From: an uncultured virus (IMG/VR IMGVR_UViG_2522125086_000001)
Lineage: Duplodnaviria; Heunggongvirae; Uroviricota; Caudoviricetes
Length of the DNA: 37,524 nt
Reading direction: 5' to 3' (one strand)
IMG/VR virus record: IMGVR_UViG_2522125086_000001
A model generated the notes under the pieces. It had not been told where the DNA came from. It saw nothing but the letters and a program-made list of their open reading frames with translations, and ran no database searches. Below, piece after piece: positions 1-9,212 of the stretch (its first letter is position 1; each line of letters begins with the position of its first letter). A program made the translations under genes and the position numbers.

Positions 1-264
1 CTGTTCTTCAACTTTTTTGGCTTGATTTTGAAAGGCTTCAGTCTGCTTCTGAATGGTTGAAGTCTGCTTCTGAATGGTTGAAGTCTGCTTCTGAATGGTT
101 GAGGTCTGCTCTTGAATGGTTGAGGTCTGCTCTTGAATGGTTGAGGTCTGCTCTTGAATGGTTGATGTAAGTTTTTCGATTAACGAATAAAGGTTGTCCA
201 GTTTGGAAGTATCAGTATCGTGCTGATTAGCAGGAAGATTGTTATTTGTGATCTTCGCTTCCAT
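1..264 (-). CDS. Partial ORF (N-terminus) of the IS-like element, probable transposase coiled-coil N-terminus
   Basis: ATG at 264 after AAGGA; reads MEAKITNNNLPANQHDTDTSKLDNLYSLIEKLT(STIQE/KQT)x6EAFQNQAKKVEEQ and runs off the window. Confidence 0.55.
   Translation of the reverse strand, partial: MEAKITNNNLPANQHDTDTSKLDNLYSLIEKLTSTIQEQTSTIQEQTSTIQEQTSTIQKQTSTIQKQTSTIQKQTEAFQNQAKKVEEQ
40..165. repeat. Six tandem 21-bp coding repeats (heptad STIQ[K/E]QT on the - strand)
   Basis: 3x AGTCTGCTTCTGAATGGTTGA then 3x GGTCTGCTCTTGAATGGTTGA, contiguous with no spacers. Confidence 0.95.
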
Positions 265-384
265 TGCAAATTCCTTCAGCACATCCCGATTTTTGTGTGC
301 GATATGGTACGGATTCACCAGCACTTTTGTCAAGAATCCCCGAAGCCATAAAAAGAAGGTTTAAGACCTAATACAGGATTTTTA

Positions 385-954
385 ATGGCCAAAGACGGAA
401 CCAACCGCGGCGGTGCCCGAGTGGGTGCCGGACGTAAGCCAAAGGCTCTCCTGGAAAAACTCCTCGAGGGCAATCTCGGACACCGCGACATAACGAAGAT
501 CGACATACCGGACATCACATCAGATGACGGTGAAGATCCGGAGGGAGTGGACATTCCTAAACCGGATGAATATCTCTCGGAACTCCAGCGAGACGGGAAA
601 CCGCTCGGCGCTGCCGAAACCTACACTAAAACCTACAGATGGCTTGCCGGACTCGGCTGTGACCGTCTGGTGAGTTCTGAACTCATCGAGCAGTATTCGG
701 TGGCATTTGCCAGATGGAAACAGTGCGAACAGGCAGTTACCAAATTCGGTCTGTGCGGCAAGCACCCGACATGCCCGAGCTCGGTGATTCAGAGTCCCTT
801 TGTGGCCATGAGCCACAGCTATCAGAAACAGACCAGCCAGCTCTGGTTTCAGATTTACAGCATCGTGAAGGAAAACTGCTCTGCGGATGCGGCGGGAGCA
901 TCGAATCCGGCTGATGACATGATGGAGCGTCTGCTCCGTTCAAGGAAGAATTAA
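385..954 (+). CDS. terS: Phage terminase small subunit (P27 family)
   Basis: N-terminal GGARVGAGRKPK and YSVAFARWKQCE...SPFVAMS...WFQIYSIVKENC, C-terminal DDMMERLL; heads the packaging region. Confidence 0.8.
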   Translation: MAKDGTNRGGARVGAGRKPKALLEKLLEGNLGHRDITKIDIPDITSDDGEDPEGVDIPKPDEYLSELQRDGKPLGAAETYTKTYRWLAGLGCDRLVSSELIEQYSVAFARWKQCEQAVTKFGLCGKHPTCPSSVIQSPFVAMSHSYQKQTSQLWFQIYSIVKENCSADAAGASNPADDMMERLLRSRKN

Positions 955-966
955 GGAATTTAAGAC

Positions 967-1749
967 ATGATTGAGAAAGTGAACCCGTCCCATCCGGACA
1001 AAATAGCAGATCGCATTGCCGGTGCCATTGTGGACATCGCCTATGCGCAGGAACTCAATCCCCGAATTGCGGTTGAGGTGCTGATCGGTCACGGCAGATG
1101 CCATGTGATTATCGAAACTGATACAGAAGTTTCTGAAGACAAAATCAGGGCAGCCATCTTCCGCATTGCCGGAAAGGTTGAGCCGGATATTCAGATTGTT
1201 CCGCAGGACAGACATCTTGCTGACAACCAGAAGGGGACTTTCCGCTGCGGAGACAACGGCATATTCAGGGGAGTTCCGCTCAATGTTGAGCAGGCGATGC
1301 TCTCCAGCATTGCCCGTGAGCTTTACGAGCAGTTCCCGACAGACGGCAAATACATCCTCGATGATGAACGTCTCATCATCTGCCAGAGCAACGCAGACAG
1401 GGAGTCCATTCTGAAACAGTACCCTCATGCCGAGGTTAATCCTCTGGGTGACTGGACAGGCGGCACGGATGCAGATACGGGAGCCACCAACCGCAAGCTA
1501 GGCAGTGACATGGCTGATTCGGTAACCGGTGGGGGACTGCACGGCAAGGATTTGTCAAAGGCAGATGTGACTTTGAACATCTACACTTTTCTGAAGGCGA
1601 AGGAAACAGGCGAGACTGTAGAACTCAGCTGTGCCATCGGGGATGAGGTGATTGACGGTCACTCCTACAGCGAACTGATGGACATTGCCTGGAACCACAT
1701 CGCCTCGTTAGGCGGTTTTGAGAAGTTTGCGGAATGGGGGCTTTTCTGA
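967..1749 (+). CDS. metK: Short S-adenosylmethionine synthetase (MetK-like)
   Basis: SHPDKIADRI, CGDNG, GGTDADTGATNRKL and GGGLHGKDLSKAD match MetK signature motifs; only 260 aa. Confidence 0.85.
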   Translation: MIEKVNPSHPDKIADRIAGAIVDIAYAQELNPRIAVEVLIGHGRCHVIIETDTEVSEDKIRAAIFRIAGKVEPDIQIVPQDRHLADNQKGTFRCGDNGIFRGVPLNVEQAMLSSIARELYEQFPTDGKYILDDERLIICQSNADRESILKQYPHAEVNPLGDWTGGTDADTGATNRKLGSDMADSVTGGGLHGKDLSKADVTLNIYTFLKAKETGETVELSCAIGDEVIDGHSYSELMDIAWNHIASLGGFEKFAEWGLF

Positions 1750-3020
1750 TGAAAACAACTACAGAATTTCAGCTGGTCAGCACCGATAAGCTGATCCCTT
1801 ATGTGAACAATGCACGTACGCATTCACCGGAGCAGATTATGAAACTCCGTTCCTCTCTGCGTGAGTTCGGTTTTGTGAATCCGGTGATCATCGACCGGGA
1901 CTTTAACGTCCTCGCCGGGCACGGAAGAATACAGGCGGCAAAAGCTGAGAACATTCCCGAAGTGCCGTGTGTCTTTGCCGACCACCTTACCGAGGCTCAG
2001 AAGAAGGCATACATTCTGGCGGACAACCGCATGGCTCTTGATGCTGGATGGGATGAAGAACTCTTGGCCGTGGAAATGCAGGAATTACAGGACTTAGGTT
2101 TTGACCTCTCCATGACGGGGTTTTCCGAAGATGAGCTGGCAGAGCTTTTTGCCACCGATGCCGAGGGCGAAGAGGATGATTTCGATGTGGAGGCTGAGCT
2201 GCAGAAACCTTGCTTCTCCAAAACCGGAGACGTTTGGCACCTTGGCAGACACACCGTAATCTGTGGTGATTCTACTCTGCCGAAAACCTATCAGAATCTG
2301 CTCGGGGACGTGAAGGTAAACCTTGTCTGCACCGATGCTCCGTACTTTGTGGATTTGCAGAATGCCTCCGGCAAAATCAGAAACGACAATCTTGATGACA
2401 AGTCAGCCTATGAGTTTCTGATGAATGTCTTTGCCAACTTCAAAAACAGCATGGCAAAGGATGCGTCCTTCTACGAGTTCTACGCCACCTCCAAGTCCCG
2501 CATTTTCTATGATGCCTTTGAGGATGCAGGGTTCAAGGTTGGTGCCGGTCTGATTTGGAAAAAGCCGAGGTTCCCGCTTTCGAGAACCGACTGGAAGTAC
2601 AACATGGAGCCAATCATCTACGGCTGGCGCAAAGACGGAACCCACAAGTGGTACGGCGATCAGAAACAGACAGTGGTGTTTGAGTTTGATGGGATCAGAA
2701 ACTCGAAGGAGGACGGCTTCGGGCATCCGAGCAGCAAGCCGGTACCGCTGATTGCCTACCTCGTTAAGCTTTCCACCCAGACCAACGGCATTGTCCTTGA
2801 CGGATTCCTCGGCTCAGCCTCAACGCTCATTGCCTGCGAGCAGACCGAACGTATCTGCTACGGCGTGGAGATTGAACCTAAGTTCGTGGACGTTGCGGTG
2901 AAGAGATACATTCAGGCAAGGCAGGGCAGCGCTGATGATGTATTCGTAATCCGCGACGGTGTGAAATTAAATTACGCCGAAGTGGAAATACCGGAGGAGC
3001 AGACTGATGGCGGTGAGTAA
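1749..3020 (+). CDS. ParB/Srx-domain + N4/N6 DNA methyltransferase
   Basis: N-terminal PYVNNARTH...GFVNPVIID...LAGHGR...LADNR (ParB-like). MTase motifs TDAPY, HPSSKP, LDGFLGSAST, GVEIEPKF. Start set at the TGATG overlap with metK. Confidence 0.88.
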   Translation: MKTTTEFQLVSTDKLIPYVNNARTHSPEQIMKLRSSLREFGFVNPVIIDRDFNVLAGHGRIQAAKAENIPEVPCVFADHLTEAQKKAYILADNRMALDAGWDEELLAVEMQELQDLGFDLSMTGFSEDELAELFATDAEGEEDDFDVEAELQKPCFSKTGDVWHLGRHTVICGDSTLPKTYQNLLGDVKVNLVCTDAPYFVDLQNASGKIRNDNLDDKSAYEFLMNVFANFKNSMAKDASFYEFYATSKSRIFYDAFEDAGFKVGAGLIWKKPRFPLSRTDWKYNMEPIIYGWRKDGTHKWYGDQKQTVVFEFDGIRNSKEDGFGHPSSKPVPLIAYLVKLSTQTNGIVLDGFLGSASTLIACEQTERICYGVEIEPKFVDVAVKRYIQARQGSADDVFVIRDGVKLNYAEVEIPEEQTDGGE

Positions 3021-3084
3021 ATTAACCCTCGGCAGCCTCTTTGATGGTTCCGGGACTCATTTTCTGTATTGCTCAGCATGCTGA
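3007..3084 (+). pseudogene. Remnant of a C5 cytosine DNA methyltransferase
   Basis: Translates MAVSKLTLGSLFDGSGTHFLYCSAC*; LGSLFDGSG is motif I of C5-MTases; overlaps the preceding MTase stop. Confidence 0.65.
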
Positions 3085-3142
3085 AAAACATTAGTTGATG
3101 GTAATCAAGTAACACTAAATATAGTTGTTAAAGTTCCATAAA

Positions 3143-3176
3143 TTGACTTGATATAGTGTTTTGACAGAGCAAATAT
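3143..3176 (+). promoter_or_regulatory. Repeated 34-bp promoter-like motif, copy 1
   Basis: TTGACTTGATA-N12-AGAGCAAATAT upstream of 3216. Confidence 0.65.
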
Positions 3177-3215
3177 GTCCCTAACGAAAACGAACACAAA
3201 TACGGAGACATAACG

Positions 3216-3899
3216 ATGAAGATCGATTTTAACCTCAAGGGCGCAGAGCGCAAGGAGCTGGTCAAGGCTATCTCAAGGATTACCGGAATCAAGGCTGAAT
3301 ACCAGGGCATGCCGACCACCAATTTTGTGATTGGAGACTTCACGGTAACCGCTGAAGGAGCTCTGGTTTACGATGACAAGATTGATGCCGGGGAGCTTTT
3401 AAACGAACTTGCCGAGGCAGGCTTTGAAGGAACCGCCGACAAGTCCGAAGACAAAGAGATTAAAGTTCCAGAACCGAATATCCTCACCATTGAAATGCCA
3501 GCCGACAAGGTAAACACCGGAAACCTGCAGAAGCTTCTTGATGCCAAGGGAGCGCTCATCCGTAAGGCACTCGGAATTGACAACCTGGCCTTTGAAATTC
3601 ATGAGGACAGGGTTTCCTTCCCGTGGTTCATTGATCCAGCTCCTGACCATACCATGGCCTACACCCAGTTCATTGCCGCCATCTGCAAAATGAGCACCGA
3701 GCAGAAACGAGTCACGGCAAAGGTCAGGGAAGTAAACAACGAGAAGTACGCTTTCAGATGTTTTCTGCTCCGACTAGGCTTTATCGGGGAGGAGTTCAAA
3801 CAGAGCCGCAAAATTCTGCTTTCCAACCTTGACGGCAGTTCAGCCTTCAAGACGGTGAAGGAAGAGCCAAAGGAGGTTCACGATGAAGTTTCCGAGTAG
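3216..3899 (+). CDS. Phage 'virulence-related' protein of unknown function
   Basis: GGAGA RBS; GAERKELVKAIS N-terminus and NEKYAFRCFLLRLGFIG C-terminus typical of this prophage family. Confidence 0.7.
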   Translation: MKIDFNLKGAERKELVKAISRITGIKAEYQGMPTTNFVIGDFTVTAEGALVYDDKIDAGELLNELAEAGFEGTADKSEDKEIKVPEPNILTIEMPADKVNTGNLQKLLDAKGALIRKALGIDNLAFEIHEDRVSFPWFIDPAPDHTMAYTQFIAAICKMSTEQKRVTAKVREVNNEKYAFRCFLLRLGFIGEEFKQSRKILLSNLDGSSAFKTVKEEPKEVHDEVSE

Positions 3900-4028
3900 A
3901 GAAATTGTTGAGCACCTCCGCAGGGAATTTCCCAAGGGTACCGTAGTTGAACTGGTACACATGAATGACGAGCATGCACCTCCTCCGGGAACTCTCGGAA
4001 CCGTTATGCATGTCGACGATGTTGCAAC
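3883..4028 (+). pseudogene. DUF4314-family gene, 5' part (interrupted by RIT-1)
   Basis: MKFPSREIVEHLRREFPKGTVVELVHMNDEHAPPPGTLGTVMHVDDVAT; continues in frame after the insertion. Confidence 0.8.
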
Positions 4029-4175
4029 TTATGGATAGCTGAATATTATGGAAAGTAAAACTGCGCAACCCTCTATTTTACTGGAAATATTCTTAAATTA
4101 TCAGACTGTTTTTCTTTCCATAATCTCCTATAATTTATGGTAGCAAATAGCTATCATAGATCAGGAGGTATCCAA

Positions 4176-5399
4176 ATGGACGCTTATGCTGTTAATTTAC
4201 CCATGGCCGATTTAATTACCAAATTAGATGAACATTTGGTAAATCTCGGATACACTGCCAACACGCTTCGACATCTCAGGCAGGCATGGAGAGCACTAAA
4301 AAAACTGGCATTGAAAGAAGGAGAAACATATTTCTCAAAAGAACTGGGTTTCAGACTTCTGCGCGAACATTATGACATTGATCCGTATGGATCGAACTAC
4401 AAGAGCTTCAAGTCGGTTACAAGACGGGCTGTAATGCTTTTGCTTGAATATCAGATATCAGGGACAATCGCCAAGCGCCAGCCAAAAGGTGAATATGAAA
4501 TTCCCGCGGGATTCAATGATGTGGGGAACAAATTTATGGAATCATTGATTGAGACCAATCTTGCTCCTGGAACACTTTACAATTACAAGATGCATCTATT
4601 TAGAGCGACAACTTTTTTTGTGAACCATGGAGTTTCTGATTTCAAAGCACTCAATAATGACATTATAAACATATACCTGAAAACACTCGCAGGGCTTTCC
4701 AAATCGTATATTGCAGGTATCACACGCGCTTTATCAAAGTTCCTCAACTTTGCCAACAAGCACGGATATACTGAAAAGGCGTTCGTTCTCCCGGAGATAA
4801 CTGTCTACAAAGATCGGCGCGTCCCGGAATACTATACAGCCGATGAGGTTTCTAAAATTCTCTCAAACATAGACAGGGGCAATGCGCTGGGAAAGCGCAA
4901 TTATGCGATGGTTCTGCTAGGTGCAAGATACGGGCTTCGTATCAGCGATATCGTATCCCTTAAGCTCAGCGAACTTGACTTTGAAAACAACCGCATCAGC
5001 ATAACACAGCAGAAAACCGGCAAGCCCCTGACGCTGGACATACTGCCTGATGTCGGATGGGCACTGATCGATTACCTTAAAAACGGGAGACCGGAAGTGG
5101 AATGTGACAGCGTTTTCCTGTGCCATACGCATCCGTACAAGGCGTTTGCGAGGGGGGAGACAATGCAGCATATGCTTAGGCAGTATGCGCTCTCGGCGGG
5201 CGTATGGAAGGCGGGAACCGAAAAGCGGTGCAGCTTCCATATGCTGAGATACAGCCTTGCCAGCGACCTTATCCAGCAAGGTGTCTCGCTGACTACTATC
5301 TCCGGCATACTTGGACATTCTGAGCTGAACGTGACAACGCTTTATGCCCAGCTCGACGTTCCGCAGCTGAAAGCCTGTGCTTTGGAGGTGCCGGTATGA
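4176..5399 (+). CDS. Tyrosine recombinase RitA-like
   Basis: AGGAGG RBS; catalytic YGLRISD, KTG, HMLRYS, LGH, Y. Confidence 0.9.
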   Translation: MDAYAVNLPMADLITKLDEHLVNLGYTANTLRHLRQAWRALKKLALKEGETYFSKELGFRLLREHYDIDPYGSNYKSFKSVTRRAVMLLLEYQISGTIAKRQPKGEYEIPAGFNDVGNKFMESLIETNLAPGTLYNYKMHLFRATTFFVNHGVSDFKALNNDIINIYLKTLAGLSKSYIAGITRALSKFLNFANKHGYTEKAFVLPEITVYKDRRVPEYYTADEVSKILSNIDRGNALGKRNYAMVLLGARYGLRISDIVSLKLSELDFENNRISITQQKTGKPLTLDILPDVGWALIDYLKNGRPEVECDSVFLCHTHPYKAFARGETMQHMLRQYALSAGVWKAGTEKRCSFHMLRYSLASDLIQQGVSLTTISGILGHSELNVTTLYAQLDVPQLKACALEVPV

Positions 5400-6394
5400 T
5401 GCCCCACAAACCTGTATATGAATTCAATAGTGTGTTTGCACCTTCGATTCGTGAGTATCTTGCAATAAAGGAAGCTCTTGGGGAGAAGGTAACACTCCCT
5501 GGAAACACGCTCCGTCAGTTTGACCGGTATTGCTTATCCATAGGCCTCGAAGACGCAGCCCTGACTACAGAACTTGCAGAAAACTGGCTGCTCACAAAAG
5601 CTGGGGAAAAACCGGAAACAAGGGCAAGCCGGATATCAGTGTTGTGGTGCTTTGCTCGGCATTTTTCAGCCAATGGCGGGAAAGTCACATGGCGGCCAAC
5701 TCCTGGGTATGCGGGGCGACAGAAAAGATACGTTCCCTATATCTACACGAGGGGAGAAGTAAAAAATATCTTTGCTGCCGCCGACTCTATGCCTGAGAGT
5801 TACGGGAAATCCCGTTTCAGTGCTGTTTTTCCGGCAGTCATCAGGACTCTCTACGGATGCGGTCTTCGCATTGCGGAAGCGCTTGCCCTTCGGGTGAAAG
5901 ATGTCGATCTTGAAAACGGCTTCATTTTTGTCCATGCGGGCAAGTTCGGCAAAGACAGAAAGATTCCAGTTTCTGACTCGCTGCTGCAGTACCTGAAGGG
6001 CTACTACAAGGACAATGCGAACTTCATCGGCGTTGCTGCCGATGGATGGTTTTTCCCAAACGCAAAAGGTGAATGCTACTCCCAGCGTACAGTGTATGAC
6101 AAGTTCCGCCAGATCCTTTGGATTGCGGGGATCACACACCAGGGGAAGGGAAGAGGACCGAGGGTACATGACCTCCGGCACACATTTGCAGTGCATGCCC
6201 TTCAGCAGAATGTCGAACAGGGGAAGGATATCTATACATCCCTGACGGGGCTTATGGTTTACCTTGGACACGGAAAGATTACCTCGACCGAATACTATCT
6301 GCGTTTGACAGCAGAGGTCTTTCCGGATTTTCTGGAACGTGCCGATAAAGTTTGTGCCAGGGCTATTCCGGAGGTTGTGTGTTATGAAGAATAG
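5396..6394 (+). CDS. Tyrosine recombinase RitB-like
   Basis: GCGLRIAE, KFGK, HDLRHTFA, YLGH, YY; ATGA overlap with the previous gene. Confidence 0.9.
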   Translation: MMPHKPVYEFNSVFAPSIREYLAIKEALGEKVTLPGNTLRQFDRYCLSIGLEDAALTTELAENWLLTKAGEKPETRASRISVLWCFARHFSANGGKVTWRPTPGYAGRQKRYVPYIYTRGEVKNIFAAADSMPESYGKSRFSAVFPAVIRTLYGCGLRIAEALALRVKDVDLENGFIFVHAGKFGKDRKIPVSDSLLQYLKGYYKDNANFIGVAADGWFFPNAKGECYSQRTVYDKFRQILWIAGITHQGKGRGPRVHDLRHTFAVHALQQNVEQGKDIYTSLTGLMVYLGHGKITSTEYYLRLTAEVFPDFLERADKVCARAIPEVVCYEE

Positions 6395-7418
6395 AGAAAC
6401 TTCTTTTTCTTATATCACCACAAGGTTTTTCCAGGTGTATCTTCCGGGAGAACGCGGGTACTCAGAAGCCACCATTGCATCGTACCTGGACACGTTCAAG
6501 CAACTGCTTGTTTATTGCAAAGAAACTCTTGGTAAATCCCCGGATAAGCTTGTCGTTTCCGACGTATCCAAGGATGTAGTGCTCGGCTTTCTTAAGAAGC
6601 TTGAGGACGAAGGAAAATCCGTATCCACAAGGAACCAGCGCCTTGCCGCTATAAAGTGTTTTTTCAGATATATCGGATACTCTTTTCCCGAGTACCTTGA
6701 CACGTCCAGCATGGTTGTCGGAATCAAGATGAAGAAACAATCTGAAGCGGTTGTCAATTACATGAGCGTTGATGGTGTCTCCTGCGTCCTTAACCAGCCG
6801 GATATGAAGCGCAAGTCCGGTTACAGGGATGCCCTCATGCTCACAATCCTTTATGATAGCGCTGCCCGCGTTACCGAGGTCACAAAGATCAGGATCGGTG
6901 ACATTCGGACGGAACACCCTGCCACCATTGTGCTTCACGGAAAAGGCGCAAAGGACAGAATTGTGCCGCTGTCCAGCAAAACGGCAGATCTGATTGCGTC
7001 TTACCTGCTACAGACAGGTCTGAACAGCGTTGAAAACAAGGACAAGCTTCTTTTTACCAATCGCACAGGCAAGCAGCTGACCAGGGCTGGCGTGGCCTAC
7101 ATACTCAAAAAATATGTGGAAGCAGCAAGGGCAGAACACCCGGAACTAATTCCTGATAAGTTTTCGCCCCATTGTATGAGGCATTCAAAGGCAATGCATC
7201 TGCTTCAGGCCGGGGTTGCGATAATATACATCCGTGACTTCCTTGGCCATGAAAGCGTGAAAACAACTGAGGTATATGCGAAAGCAGATGGAAAAAGCAA
7301 GCGTGAGGCGCTTGATGCAGCTTATTCCGCCGCCATTGAAGATTCCAATGTCCCGAAAACCTCTTGGAATGATGACAATGACCTCATGGCATTCTTGAAA
7401 AAGCTGTGTGAAAGCTAA
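6384..7418 (+). CDS. Tyrosine recombinase RitC-like
   Basis: STRNQRLAAIK SAM-like domain; AARVTE, GKGAKDR, HCMRHS, LGH, VY; GGAGG RBS before MKNRE. Confidence 0.9.
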   Translation: MKNRETSFSYITTRFFQVYLPGERGYSEATIASYLDTFKQLLVYCKETLGKSPDKLVVSDVSKDVVLGFLKKLEDEGKSVSTRNQRLAAIKCFFRYIGYSFPEYLDTSSMVVGIKMKKQSEAVVNYMSVDGVSCVLNQPDMKRKSGYRDALMLTILYDSAARVTEVTKIRIGDIRTEHPATIVLHGKGAKDRIVPLSSKTADLIASYLLQTGLNSVENKDKLLFTNRTGKQLTRAGVAYILKKYVEAARAEHPELIPDKFSPHCMRHSKAMHLLQAGVAIIYIRDFLGHESVKTTEVYAKADGKSKREALDAAYSAAIEDSNVPKTSWNDDNDLMAFLKKLCES

Positions 7419-7507
7419 AGTTTTATGGAAAGCATTATCGAAAAGACACCAGTGTTTCTGTGTATCTGACGATAATACTTTCCATAATATTCATCTATCC
7501 ATAACTC

Positions 7508-7533
7508 CCGTTATGAGAAGCTTTTCATAACGG
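7508..7533. repeat. Near-perfect 26-bp palindrome at the RIT-1 end
   Basis: CCGTTATGAGAAGCTTTTCATAACGG. Confidence 0.9.
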
Positions 7534-7536
7534 AAC

Positions 7537-7621
7537 GATTCATGTGTGCTGGCAGAACGGCTCAAGTCTAGGTTTAGCTTTCGGAGAAGACGTATGTAGA
7601 ATCGTCAAAAATAGCAAGTAA
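7537..7621 (+). pseudogene. DUF4314-family gene, 3' part
   Basis: IHVCWQNGSSLGLAFGEDVCRIVKNSK*; W-x-NGS-L...GED motif. Confidence 0.8.
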
Positions 7622-7666
7622 ATCAATGATTTATATACAAAATAAATATCGAAATATAATCGATTA

Positions 7667-7700
7667 TTAAGTTGCTATAGTGTGCCTTCAGAGTGAATAT
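7667..7700 (+). promoter_or_regulatory. Repeated 34-bp promoter-like motif, copy 2
   Basis: TTAAGTTGCTA-N12-AGAGTGAATAT upstream of the amidoligase. Confidence 0.6.
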
Positions 7701-7746
7701 ACACACAACAAAACGAACAAACATTAACCAAAAAGAAGGCACAAAA

Positions 7747-8106
7747 ATGAAAGAAAAAACCTTAAAGCAGATTGAAAACCTTAAGAACCAGACCATCGGA
7801 GTTGAAGTTGAGATGAACTGCATTACCCGCAAGGATGCCGCAAGAATTGCCGCAGAGTTTTTCGGAACCCACAGGGTTGAAGATACCGCCTACCGCAACG
7901 GCTACTGCACGGTCAGCGCATGGGACGCGCAGGGACGCGAATGGAAGTTCCAGAAGGACGTAAGCATCGCCGGTGACGATGCCCACAAGTGCGAAATGGT
8001 TACCCCGATCCTGAACTACAGCGACATCGAAAGCCTGCAGGAGCTTTGCAGAAGACTGCGCAAGGCCGGAGCAAAGAGTGACGCCACCCGGGGATGTGGA
8101 ATCCAT
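7747..8106 (+). pseudogene. Amidoligase (COOH-NH2 ligase type 2), 5' part, interrupted by RIT-2
   Basis: TIGVEVEM, WKFQKDVSI, CEMVTPIL, CGIH; joins in frame with 13793. Confidence 0.85.
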
Positions 8107-8189
8107 TATGCATCGCCCGGAGTTATAGGAAAGATTCTGGAAAAACTGCCATTTTACTAGCATATTTTCTTAGAATCTTTCCATAATAT

Positions 8190-9212
8190 TCACTCACAGT
8201 ACTTATTGAGCCACTCAAGAAGTGAAGGGTTATTACGGTATTCAATTGGCGTTGTGTCAGGTATTTTTATTTGTTCATTTGCGGCCTTAAGTGCATCCTG
8301 ACGCTGTTTGCTATCGATACGGGCATATATTTCAGTCGTTTTTATGTGTTCATGCCCAAGCTGATCGCGGATGTAAATAAGATTCTGTCCTGCCTGTAGC
8401 ATCATCATGGCTTTTGTATGTCTCAAACAATGCGGCGTGAGCTTGGCTGGGAAATCCATGGGTGATTCATCGTGGATTTCGGACGCATATTTTTGGAGAA
8501 TATACGTTATGCCTGCTCTTGTGAACTGTTTTCCACTCCTGTTTAGGAAAAGAAAACGACCTGCCTGTGTTGGATTCTGAAGCCCTTCATTATCGAAATA
8601 CAAGCTTAGTAGTTTTGTCGTATTGGTGCTGACCGGGACGTATCGATTTTTGTTCCCTTTCCCATGCACAAGGATCTGGGATGGTGTTCCGAGTCTGATG
8701 TCACATACTCGGATACCTATCAGCTCGCTTACCCTGACACCTGTATCCGCAAGGATGGTCAGTATAAGCAGATCCTTGAAACCATATTTGTTGCTGCTGT
8801 CCGGCCTTGCCAAGAGCGTTCCCAACTGTTCAGCGTTCAGGTATTGGATGACAGGCGTTTCCTTTTTCTTGGATGGGATCGCAAGTATCTGCTGCATGTT
8901 ATAAAGATTCTGAGGGGAATCAGATTGAACATACCTGCAGAACGACTTGATCGCGGCAAGTCGTTGGTTTCTTGTTGAAACGGAGCAACCTTTTTCTTCA
9001 AGTGATGACAGGAATGCCTTGATGTTGTCAGACGTAAATTCGTCCATTGTTACCTTATTGATAGGCTTCTTTACTCTGCTGTGGAAAAACGGTACCAGGA
9101 GCTGAAATGTGTAATTGTAGGAAATAAATGTGTTCTCAGACAAACCTCGCTCGCCTCCAAGATAGGTAGTCAGAAAACTTGAAATATAGTACTGCAAGTT
9201 TTTATCTTTCAT
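8190..9212 (-). CDS. Tyrosine recombinase RitC-like
   Basis: STRNQRLAAIK, TGVRVSE, GKGNKNR, HCLRHT, LGH, IY. Confidence 0.9.
   Translation of the reverse strand: MKDKNLQYYISSFLTTYLGGERGLSENTFISYNYTFQLLVPFFHSRVKKPINKVTMDEFTSDNIKAFLSSLEEKGCSVSTRNQRLAAIKSFCRYVQSDSPQNLYNMQQILAIPSKKKETPVIQYLNAEQLGTLLARPDSSNKYGFKDLLILTILADTGVRVSELIGIRVCDIRLGTPSQILVHGKGNKNRYVPVSTNTTKLLSLYFDNEGLQNPTQAGRFLFLNRSGKQFTRAGITYILQKYASEIHDESPMDFPAKLTPHCLRHTKAMMMLQAGQNLIYIRDQLGHEHIKTTEIYARIDSKQRQDALKAANEQIKIPDTTPIEYRNNPSLLEWLNKYCE

Larger units (their letters stand above)
1..374 (-). mobile_element. Left (promoter) end of an IS-like element, partial; possibly IS66-related
   Basis: Near-identical inverted copy at 37222-37524. 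Homology stops sharply at ...TTAAGACCTAATAC (374), so the element end reads GTATTAGGTCTTAAACC. Family is a guess from the GTA- end and coiled-coil N-terminus. Confidence 0.65.
4029..7536 (+). mobile_element. RIT element 1 (three tandem tyrosine recombinases)
   Basis: 29-bp IRs with 1 mismatch at 4029-4057 and 7476-7504; palindrome at 7508-7533; AAC at both junctions; removal restores DUF4314. Confidence 0.9.

Noticed and set aside
40..165. Possible CRISPR array
   Set aside because: The repeats are contiguous 21-mers with no spacers, in frame within an ORF, and no cas genes are present.
7693..8160. Complete 155-aa gene as called by the ORF track
   Set aside because: It is the amidoligase 5' fragment reading into the RIT-2 inverted repeat.
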